From NCBI GenBank assembly GCA_946965045.2, contig OX337229.1, positions 4,526,001 through 4,590,000 of the forward strand: DNA of 64,000 nucleotides, in the 5' to 3' direction. The notes below the pieces were generated by a model. That model worked only from the letters and a program-made list of their open reading frames with translations, was not told where the DNA came from and did not search any database. The position numbers and the translations under genes were made by a program. This stretch comes from Epithemia pelagica. Its lineage: Eukaryota > Protista > Bacillariophyta. Position 1 is the first letter of the stretch. The number at the start of each line of letters is the position of its first letter. Shown in pieces: positions 55,171 through 64,000 of the stretch.

Positions 55171-56567
55171 GACAGATTCTATTTTACTCGAATTGATTTG
55201 ATTTGACTTGGCTTGTTTTATTCTGCTTAAGGAATGGGTTTCAACATTTCTGGTTCGCATTGTGGTCTGGAATTCATCACCGCATCACCCTGAGCTTCTC
55301 TCTTCGTATCATTCTCCATGATGTCGAAGTATTGATTGTGGTTCCCCTTTTGATTCTTCCGAAACCATATCACTACCTAAAACTTCCTGGGATGTGCTGT
55401 TGCAGAGAGGGACGGTTCATTGTGATTTTGTCCAACAGTAGATGTGGAGACGAACGGCATTTAGAGAGTCTCCAAGACATCCCTTTTTAATTTCCAATGT
55501 CTATAATACACTTTATATCATCTGTTCATGTTTTTGTTTAATGATTCAAAAGTAACTTGGAGTATTCGTGATGTAGTGATCGCCCGGTGACTCCAGTGAA
55601 GGAAATGTCCTGGAGCGGATTTCAGCACTACATTGATTACCTAAACTCTCGAACGATAGAAGTGCCAGATACAGATTCCAAAAGTGTATTGATAACACAA
55701 CGTGGATGATTACTGGATGATTACTCTGAGGTCATCACCCAATCATGCCTTCTCGAGAGGTACGCCAGGATTACCACATGGATCGAACTCGAACAAGCTT
55801 TCAGCTTCTTCTCTCCTTCGAGATGCATTTCTCTCCACTCTCCACTCTCCACTACAACGACCTCTTGACACTCAACTGGCTGACATGGTTCACCATGCCA
55901 GGAAATCCATTATGAGTTTTTGTTTTTTATTTCTATGGGTCTCTGGTGGTCGCAAAGGAGTGGGGCGCCAGTTGTGGGGAAAATTTACCTAACGATACCA
56001 GGGAATAAATGGGAGTGACAGGAACATATCCTGACCGATGTGAATAATGTATCTGTGTGGTTCTCTTGTACTGTCGATCTTTGATGTTTTGGATCGTCGC
56101 AACTTGCGTGTTGGCGTGTTGTGCCCAGGAGGAGACAAGAACATGTGCCAAGGACACCTTTGCAAAGTGTCCAAGGGAGGATCTGTGAGCTGGGATGGGA
56201 GAAGGATAGTTGGCCCAGGTTTGCTTTCGAGAAAAGATATTTTGGGACGTGGTCGAGTTGTTGGAGCAAAGAATATGTGATGTGAGATGCTGCATGTTTG
56301 AGACTCTTGGCTGGGTGCTTTCCAAAATGGGGGTTGATCCAATGTGGTGGTTGTGTCGTGGTAAATGGATGGGGTGAGAAGTGAGAATCGTCATGGAGGA
56401 GCAGCCGATGGCCGAACAAACCGAAGGAACCTAAGTGAATGGAAAAAGGTTCATTTGAGATTTTTCTGTGCGCAGGGTTCCTCAAGGTCTGGTCGTCACC
56501 CGTCTTCTTACTCATACCCGGTACCCGGAGATATATCTTTTGCGAAAAATCGAAGCCAATCGCGACA

Positions 56568-57398
56568 ATGGAGCAATCAATGGAAGGTATCACAGCGGAG
56601 AACGCTCAGCAGCAACCTGATTCGTCTCAGCCACCCAAAACTACAGAATCATCTCAAACAACTTCACTCCCCAAAGCTCCGAACGATAAGAATGAGGTGG
56701 AAAGTGAGAACAAGGCAGCAAATATTGCTGACAAAGAAAGCGTAACTGTGAAGCCCACGGTGAAGAAGAAATCCTCGAACCATAAAAAGCTTGGCTACTT
56801 ATCAAGTGTACAGAAAGACAAAGTGGACTCTGTTTTTCTGAAAATGTTCGGGTATTCGTGGGGAACAATGCCAATGGTTGAATCCTCAAAAAGCCAAGAC
56901 AGGAGCTATATATTGTTAAAGAGAATATTTTGTGCCAAATCAGCGGCCCAAATTCTCCATAATACGAGCGCAGAGAAACACGGAAACAGCGAAACCACAT
57001 GGGGACAGACGAAGATTGTTGCTTTACCAGCGGCTGAATCATCTACCGTCACATCATTCAGGGACGTACGGCCACAGACTTCGTCGACAACACCCCTTCC
57101 CGTCGAGAAGCAACCAGTATCTCCGCAGGGGTCTTCGGCTGTCGCAGCTCCCAGTGGTGGGGCCGACGCACTGCTTCAACAAATGCAGGGTCCTAAAACA
57201 ACATCTACGATAATGAAAACTGCGATGGATTGGGAATCCTTCAAAGAAGAATCCGGGGCGTTAGGAGAGAAATTGGAACAACATGCTGAGTCGAAGGCTG
57301 CATACCTCAAACGTCAAGATTTTCTCAATCGAGTCGATCACCGCAAATTTGAACAGGAACGACAAGAAAGAGAAAGAAATCGTTCACGAAAAAGCTGA
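56568..57398 (+). CDS. BCNT/CFDP1 (Swc5)-like protein
   Basis: C-terminal BCNT motif: STIMKTAMDWESFK...YLKRQDFLNRVDHRKFEQER. Start uncertain. Confidence 0.85.
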   Translation: MEQSMEGITAENAQQQPDSSQPPKTTESSQTTSLPKAPNDKNEVESENKAANIADKESVTVKPTVKKKSSNHKKLGYLSSVQKDKVDSVFLKMFGYSWGTMPMVESSKSQDRSYILLKRIFCAKSAAQILHNTSAEKHGNSETTWGQTKIVALPAAESSTVTSFRDVRPQTSSTTPLPVEKQPVSPQGSSAVAAPSGGADALLQQMQGPKTTSTIMKTAMDWESFKEESGALGEKLEQHAESKAAYLKRQDFLNRVDHRKFEQERQERERNRSRKS

Positions 57399-57607
57399 TG
57401 AGGAAAAGTTGTGCAAAGCTTTCGGAGCTACTCGCTCTAGGCGTAGGAGTAAAGGGGTTTTGCTTGGTAGTCCCGCGAGTATAGGCTTAGTCGCGTATGT
57501 ATCGCGTGAGAACTTTTCGTTGACCTCCATCCATTTGACCCAGTCTCAACAGTAACAAGATCGGACCTGACGAACAGTCATCTTCGCCTCCTCGCCCAAA
57601 ACAGACC

Positions 57608-58936
57608 ATGTCATTGGATGATATCGCTGATCTGGTTGAACAAGTCAAGAATGAGTTCACTGAATCGGAATGCAAAGAGGAGCTTGTGGACGCTGCACGA
57701 TATGGCGACGTTGATGTTGTTCGATCCATTCTGCACGTTTATCCTCAGCTCCATAAATTTCAGGATCGTCACGGAAATACCCCTCTACACATGTCCTCTG
57801 CAAATGGCCATGTGGAAGTTACAGAGGTGTTGCTGAAACATGGAGCCGTCGTTACTGTGAAAAACAATGCTGGCAATACACCTCTACATTGGGCAAGCAC
57901 AAATGGCCATGACGCCACAGTTCAGGCGCTGTTAAAGGGCCAACAAGTAGACGTTCTACAGCAAAACCAGTTTGGGCGATCCGCATTGACGGAAGGTTTT
58001 ACCAGTCAAAATCTTGACGTCGTGAAGTCTTTATTGAACCACGAATCAGCATGCGAGGAACGTCTGATAGGAGCGACTGTTGGAAAGAGCAGTGATGGTT
58101 CTCAAAGCATGGAAACAGAAACATCGACAACTGCTGAAAATGGCTCCTCGAACAACATTGTTCACCAATTTGTCTTTCAAGGAATTGAAATTGAGACGCG
58201 AGAGTTGGCCATTGCAGAATCCGAGAAAGACACGATTCTCGGTCAGATTGATCCCTCCGACGATACAACAGGTTTGGGAATCTGGGCATCGTCTTTGGTC
58301 CTGGCCCAGTGGCTGGTTTCTCAAATAAAAGAGAAAAGCAGTTGGACTAAATCAACTAACTTAAGAGTTGTAGAGCTCGGTGCAGGGTGCGGTGTTCCAT
58401 CATTGGCATTAGCCAAGGCTTGTGCAAGTTTTGGGTCCGGTGATCAAGGTATATCAAACTGTCAGATCTATGCCACTGATTTTAATCCTAAAACTGTTGA
58501 TAATCTTCAGCACAATGTTGATATCAATAAGAATGGGCTTGTTGGGTCGGGAGTTACTGTTGAAGGGATGATGATGAACTGGCAAGACTCTAGCACTTGG
58601 CCCAAGGAGCCGGTGGACTGCCTGATTGGATCAGATTTAATCTATCAATCGGATATGGTGCCCTTACTTATTCAAACAATTACTGGTCTCCTAAAGCCTG
58701 GCACCTCAGAAAGTCGCTTCCTCTATGTTGCCAGAGCGGATGGACAACGACAAGGGCATAGTGAGTTCTTGGCTGGCATGGAAGCATCAAATTTTGATCG
58801 ACGCGACATTGTAGCCCCGATCGAATACACACAATCTAATCCACTAAAGAGTCAAGACGATGATCTCTGTTTCATGTACTTCCATGAACTGCAGTCGACG
58901 CAATACACTCTGTATGAATTCGTACGACGGATTTGA
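57608..58936 (+). CDS. Ankyrin-repeat / seven-beta-strand protein methyltransferase fusion
   Basis: Ankyrin repeats (GNTPLHMSSANGH, GNTPLHWASTNGH) followed by METTL21/Methyltransf_16-type motifs TGLGIWASSLVLA, VVELGAGCG and LIGSDLIY. Confidence 0.9.
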   Translation: MSLDDIADLVEQVKNEFTESECKEELVDAARYGDVDVVRSILHVYPQLHKFQDRHGNTPLHMSSANGHVEVTEVLLKHGAVVTVKNNAGNTPLHWASTNGHDATVQALLKGQQVDVLQQNQFGRSALTEGFTSQNLDVVKSLLNHESACEERLIGATVGKSSDGSQSMETETSTTAENGSSNNIVHQFVFQGIEIETRELAIAESEKDTILGQIDPSDDTTGLGIWASSLVLAQWLVSQIKEKSSWTKSTNLRVVELGAGCGVPSLALAKACASFGSGDQGISNCQIYATDFNPKTVDNLQHNVDINKNGLVGSGVTVEGMMMNWQDSSTWPKEPVDCLIGSDLIYQSDMVPLLIQTITGLLKPGTSESRFLYVARADGQRQGHSEFLAGMEASNFDRRDIVAPIEYTQSNPLKSQDDDLCFMYFHELQSTQYTLYEFVRRI

Positions 58937-59163
58937 AACACAGTGAATTATTTTCCAGCTTCGTCCAAGGCCGATTCTGTTTTGAGAAAGGAAGGAAGAA
59001 ATATGTGCTCATTCCGCACGATGTATTTTCAACCATCACAAGGCGGCGCAGTGAATCGATGTTAAGGCAATGCTTTCAGATGCAAACTTAATGGATGCCA
59101 AAAATGGATAGTTAAAATTAGCCGAAGTCTATAATCTCGCATTGATTTGCACGTGTTAGGCCA

Positions 59164-60219
59164 TCATCGACTGGAATCCTCCTCATCCGCACGAAATCGA
59201 ACTCGTCGTTTCTTCATTAGACGTGTTGTTAAATCATCAGAGACATTGCGGTCATGATGGAAATCTGCTTGATCGTGGACTGCTTCATCGCTCCCATGTT
59301 GGTGTAAACTTACTCTCTTTGATGAACTCGTGTATGTTTCACTATCGTCTCGAGAAGGTTGTTTTTTATCCTGCTCACCAATTGATTCGCGAGGAACAGC
59401 TTCATTAGCATTGGTATCGGAATCCCGGCTTTGTCTCAGCAATGACCGCAGAGGTACATTCGGCTGCTGTTGAATTTGCTCGACCATGTAGAGGAATAAT
59501 CGTTCATCCTCATACATGTCTTTCAAAAGTCTATGGGAGGCATCTTGGTATAGTGTTTGGCAGCTTTCGATCATATCCATAATTCTTGGGTAATTGGTGA
59601 AGTTAGCTTTGTTGACAACATTTGTCATGAAAGCTTTTTTCGTCTCTATTCCCGTGATTTTGTCATGTTTCTTGAGAATTTTGGAAAAAGCAAAGTATGT
59701 CATAATTGCAAATGTTTCAAGCAACAACAAGTCTTTGTGAAGACGGAAAACCGCCTTGGACAGCACTGACCACCGATCTTTTACTATCACTGAAATGGGG
59801 CGTTGAAAGACTTCCATGCTAACGCGGACAATTTCTTCCCGAATAACGAACTGTTTTTCAGCCTTTCCAAAGAAATCACTTGCCTTTCCAAGTTCAGAAT
59901 GCAGAAGCTGGAAGAAAGCCACTTCGCCTGGGTTGTGTTTCAGACGTGCTTTTACTGTTTTTGATTCTCCACTCTCTGATCGTGTGGCCGAATGGCTTGG
60001 TGCTGCCTCGGTGGCAACGGTAGCTTTAGTAGACGGCATATTCGCCTGTGTCAAGAAAGGGAAATCATCATTTCCATCTGGAGATGTCGCTTTTGTGTCC
60101 ACCCCGTAAGCATCAATGGCCTTAATCAGCTTCTTGAGCTTTTTGTAGTTTGTCCAATATGGTCGATAGCTAGGATCGGATGCTTCCACCACTTTTTGAA
60201 GTGCTTTGCAGAATTTCAT
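59164..60219 (-). CDS. SPX: SPX-domain protein (phosphate signalling)
   Basis: MKFCKAL...YKKLKKLI, FF..L..EL.KAS.FF, and FSKILKKHDK lysine cluster. Confidence 0.92.
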   Translation of the reverse strand: MKFCKALQKVVEASDPSYRPYWTNYKKLKKLIKAIDAYGVDTKATSPDGNDDFPFLTQANMPSTKATVATEAAPSHSATRSESGESKTVKARLKHNPGEVAFFQLLHSELGKASDFFGKAEKQFVIREEIVRVSMEVFQRPISVIVKDRWSVLSKAVFRLHKDLLLLETFAIMTYFAFSKILKKHDKITGIETKKAFMTNVVNKANFTNYPRIMDMIESCQTLYQDASHRLLKDMYEDERLFLYMVEQIQQQPNVPLRSLLRQSRDSDTNANEAVPRESIGEQDKKQPSRDDSETYTSSSKRVSLHQHGSDEAVHDQADFHHDRNVSDDLTTRLMKKRRVRFRADEEDSSR

Positions 60220-60449
60220 GTCTGGCAATTGTGAATGCTTTGGCGCTAGGAATATGTCAATGGTTGTGTAGTGTGGTGATATTCCTGAGTGGTCCTCTGA
60301 GCTTTTGCTTTAATCGGAGGAGACAAAACCAGAACCCTCGATATCGATATTGCTAGAAGGAATCTTTGTTGCTGGGGTCATGTCTTTGCCTCGCACCAAC
60401 TTTAGTATGTCTTCATCACAGAAAGTGTCTGGAATTTGAAGTCTGGACT

Positions 60450-60489
60450 GGGAACTGTGGGAAGTGGGAGGTGGGAAGTGGGAAGTGGG
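60450..60489 (+). repeat. G-tract tandem repeat (GGGAAGT-like units) in the SPX/rpl15 divergent spacer
   Basis: Six GGG tracts, five of them at a 7-nt period. Confidence 0.75.
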
Positions 60490-60667
60490 AGCCCCGCTGC
60501 CAGTGCTGTTCGCGGTTCGCGGTTCTTGCTCCTTTAGCGACCGAAGAATCTTTGGGCTCAGAACCCAATGTTTTCGGGGATTGATTGTGAGTTGTGATTT
60601 GTGATGGCCGCTGAGACACCGCAGCACTCATACGCTGACGTCCGTTCAAACATCGAAGCCATCAACC

Positions 60668-61513
60668 ATGATGAGATCGATTCTTCTCGTAATTGCGCTT
60701 CATGCGCTGTCGTTGTACAGCTCAGGTATGTGAAACAGTTACGTATGGAAATACATGCATTATTTGGATTGACGAACGATCCTGTCGTTTGACGGGCTTC
60801 TCCTGAACTGGCACCTGTGATTTCGCGAATGCCTCTGTTCGATATTCTTCGCCTGCTAATGAATTGATTGTAATACAGATGCCTTTGCATTTGTCCCCCG
60901 TAGTCGTTCTCTGGTCGCACCGAAAAGCTGTTCTTCTCTCCAGATGAAGGTATTCGACTGGAAGCGAAGGGAAGCAGACGAGTCTCACTTGAATGATTTG
61001 GAGACTGCCGAATTTTCTCTGGACACACTTCGCCCTGCTCCAGGAAGCCGTCGTAAGAAGACCCGCAAAGGGCGCGGTATCGCTGCTGGACAGGGTGCAA
61101 CATGCGGTTTTGGTATGCGTGGCCAAAAGTCACGTTCTGGTCGCCCCACGCGACCTGGTTTCGAGGGTGGACAAAACCCGCTTTATCGTCGTTTGCCCAA
61201 GTTTGTGGGTAAACCCCTTGGTCCAGGACACAAGAGGACATTGTACAACCCGATTCCCACTAGTGTTCTTTCCGAGGTTGATGCTGGGGCAACGGTGAAC
61301 TTTGAGTCATTGTTTGAGAGCAAGATCATCACAAAGTCGAAGCTAAAGCTGCACAAGTTTGTCAGTGGGCCCACTGACTCGATTTCAGATAATCTTACTG
61401 TGCAGGCTCATGCGTTCACGGCCTCGGCTCGAGAGGCCATTGAAGCTGCCGGAGGAAAGTGCGAGGTTCTCAGTCCCACCACCGGTGAAGTGTTGGCCCC
61501 CGTAGAAGCTTAA
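60668..61513 (+). CDS. rpl15: Plastid 50S ribosomal protein uL15, nucleus-encoded, 2 exons
   Basis: Exon 60668-60725 plus exon from 60879 give a signal + DA-FAFVP presequence; RKGRGIAAGQGATCGFGMRGQKSRSG and FEGGQNPLYRRLPK. Confidence 0.95.
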
Positions 61514-61792
61514 GAAAAGGTGAAGAACAACTAGTCCACTGTATAGATGTTACCCAGTCGTTAGCCATTGTTTCCCGTAATCCCACCCGGTCTCGGTGCG
61601 CCAAGACTAGAGGTACTCTAATTTGTGATTGGGCTCCAAAAGTACATTGAGTTTCATTTTTCATTTGATCCTATCGTTCCAAGTACACTACGGATACTCT
61701 TCCGGAGAAAACTTGTTTAGTATCACTACGATTCTGCAAACATGGGCCAAGAAAGGAGGAACATGTTTGACTTCAAAGTGGGAGCACAAGAA

Positions 61793-62279
61793 TCATCTTT
61801 CCGCAATACCATGTGTGTGTGGAACAACGTCCATGTCACTATTGCTGTCATCGTCGTCTGGTATACTAAGATCATCAAAAATTTCTGACATGAGAACTTC
61901 GTCGATGGAATCCGTGCTTAGTCTTCTGACAGGAAGATTCAACCCCATGCTTGATTTTTTCCGCGGGCTCATTGGACGGCGGTTGCGACGATACAGTGAT
62001 TTTATTGACGGAATGACTTGAAGAATCATCGGGCATCGAATCATCCCAGCGACTTTTTCCCTGCATAGGTAGCTTTAACTGCATTGGTGGGAAGGTACTT
62101 GACCTGGTTAGTGGTCGTTTTGACGGCCCAATTGAAGGCGGTGGGCAGGTCGTATCTCCTTCTCTCCTGCGAACATCCCGCTTCGTATTCTTGGATAAAC
62201 CAGAACACTTTGCTTGATCACTTATTATTGTGACCTTCGTTGATCCCCTGAGTAAGTCGAGCAAAGCCTGAGAAAGCAT
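61793..62279 (-). CDS. Small Ser-rich hypothetical protein, possibly frameshifted
   Basis: Two overlapping minus ORFs (61875-62279 and 61793-62044). The first has VTIISDQAK and KSRWD, the second LPVRRLS and an acidic tail. Confidence 0.45.
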
Positions 62280-62846
62280 TCACTTCGCTTTTGCTTACTG
62301 ATGGTATGTCTTTTTCCTAGGACAAATAGAAAGGTAAACAACGCTTCTTGGATCGCCGTTGCACCCACGACAACAAAACCTGCAGCGTGGTTGTTGGTTA
62401 TAGTCGTCCTTCGCCTCTATGCAGTATTCAGCGACAGAAAAAATTGAACGGCAATCTACTCCCCCGCGTCACCCAGTCAGAAAATAAAAAAGGTTCCTGA
62501 ATGACCAATCGTCTGAGACGCCTAGAATTACTCCGTCCTCGGGACTATGTTGTCCAACCCCGAGCGGGGGTGGAGTTGAGGGTGTAGTTTCTGTGAACCT
62601 TGATTACACCCTAGAAGCCACCCCCGCTGGGGGATGATTTGTTGTCGAACTCATGCTACTCGTATCTCGTAAGGTTATACGAGTATGCTATCGTGGGAAT
62701 TGTTGTAGGGCCCCATTCAACTGAAATGACAAGAGAGTGGGATACGAGCTCGTAGTGATAGTGGGAAATGGGAGTAGCGTTTTGTTTTCCTTTGATCTTG
62801 ACTCTGGCACAATAAAAGAGCGCCTCTAGAGAGTTAGCAAGACTAG

Positions 62847-63600
62847 TATTGAATCAAGGGGATAGTCCATTTCAGTTGCCGCTTGCCGCGGCACTGGGAA
62901 TTGACGAAGGAGGATGCTACTTTATGTCACTCTTTTCCAGTAAGGTCATGACTGCAACGCAAGAACATTAGGGCTTCGCACGTTGGAAAGCATGTCAAGG
63001 AGTTGACCACGGCACAAAACGTGGAATGGAATTATGGCTTCAGAATACAATGATGTTGGATGGCGACTAGCTATGTGTTTGATTGAGAGCCAAAACAACC
63101 CGGATTTGTGCTATGGTGAGGAGATGGTGGAAATTGCTATGTCCCGAACTGGAACTACCTAGCAGACAACAACTTTGGTTTGGGTGGTGTTGCCAGCAAT
63201 GATGAAGAGGTTTTGGCACAGCATGAAATGTGGGCAGACGGCGTGGGGAATGACCTTCCGGAGACGGAGGTGTGGGGGAGTTGGAGGAATTGGAGGAAAA
63301 TCGGGAGTGGAGGAAGAGGTCCAAAATGACATTGTGAATGAAGCCATGATGCGTCTGGAAGAGGATCCCCCCAATATGGATGTCGTGCATGAGCAAGTTG
63401 AAGACCAAGCGACCCCTGATCATAATAACATTGATTTGAAGACCAAGCAACTGCTTGTCATACGAGTAATAATCATGACAAGAATGGTGCTGTCGTGGTA
63501 CCCAACTATGAACCAACTGCTTAGCCAACGCGATTCACGGGTGACGTTGTTTGCTGTTCTCCTAAATCGTTCGTTCTGTTATAGCCCCGATCTTTCATAG
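62847..63600 (+). pseudogene. Decayed ORF, probably TE-derived
   Basis: One frame from 62847 to 63329 is interrupted only by TGA stops (62850, 62949, 63051, 63084, 63117, 63327). An acidic stretch continues in another frame. Confidence 0.45.
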
Positions 63601-64000
63601 TTCATAGGGTAGGGACCAATCGGTATTCAGAATTGGTATGCCCATACCCAAGCTTGAAAAACTGCTGGGCGCGCAAAGTGGGTCATCACGAAACGTGCTT
63701 TGGGACATTTGTAGAGCACAGAAATATTTTTTACCGGCAAGGTATCGTTCATGCTTGTTGAAGGAAGTCTATTTGGGTCAGCTTTGACTGGTAAAGACAT
63801 CGTTTGCCATACTTAGTGAGGTGCTTATCAATCGAGATGGTGGGCGAACGTTGTCCCTACATCAAAAATGGGGACCGAATCGGCTACTAATGCAATCACG
63901 ACACCTGTGTCGACGGAAAAGAAGGAAATTGATGATACCGAGCATACACATGAAGGACAAGTTTTTGCGGAACCAAACGCGGGGTTCAAGACTCTGTTGT

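Noticed and set aside
55587-55620. SECIS element (GTGA-N12-AAA...GA)
   Set aside because: The 3' GA is only about 13 nt after the AA, helix II is too short, and there is no upstream ORF with an in-frame Sec TGA.
55595-55770. RNase MRP/P RNA (GGAAATGTCC and AGAAGTGCC words)
   Set aside because: Spacing and P4 partner do not fit the CR-I/CR-V consensus. Kept only as a generic ncRNA candidate.
55933-56593. Overlapping minus-strand ORFs upstream of the BCNT gene
   Set aside because: No recognisable domain or consistent splice model; probably promoter/UTR sequence.
1-64000. CRISPR array, rRNA or prokaryotic operon/defence system
   Set aside because: No regularly spaced repeats with unique spacers and no rRNA signatures. 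Genes are intron-containing and eukaryotic.

Overview
Gene-dense eukaryotic nuclear DNA, most likely from a pennate diatom. Evidence: short GT-AG introns of about 65-155 nt, bipartite signal+ASAFAP-type plastid presequences, and a diatom-type (CoDi-like) Ty1/copia element. About 30 protein-coding genes can be reconstructed by hand: MAPEG, TruA, a plasmepsin V/ASP5-like aspartic protease, a glycosyltransferase, a six-bromodomain protein, a sulfotransferase, a bestrophin-like channel, LUC7, an SMP/C2 protein, GSA aminomutase, dyskerin/Cbf5, an OTU deubiquitinase, a CaMK-like kinase, a PhyH dioxygenase, a 3R-Myb, FUN14, TIM22, BCNT, an ankyrin-methyltransferase fusion, an SPX protein and plastid uL15. 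An accessory island at about 28.3-36.4 kb holds a 6.49-kb LTR retrotransposon (174-bp LTRs, 173/174 identical, AGAC target duplication). It has lesions in pol and, directly behind a non-canonical primer-binding site, a sense-strand tRNA-like sequence ending in CCA. 29 bp downstream is a 1.14-kb element with ~230-bp imperfect terminal inverted repeats and a perfect 10-bp target duplication (Mutator-like). A palindromic TACTCCTAGGAGTA motif family recurs in many intergenic spacers. The last 1.5 kb holds strong hairpins and a TGA-riddled decayed ORF. No rRNA, canonical tRNA gene or CRISPR array was seen. All family assignments are from visual motif recognition, not database searches.
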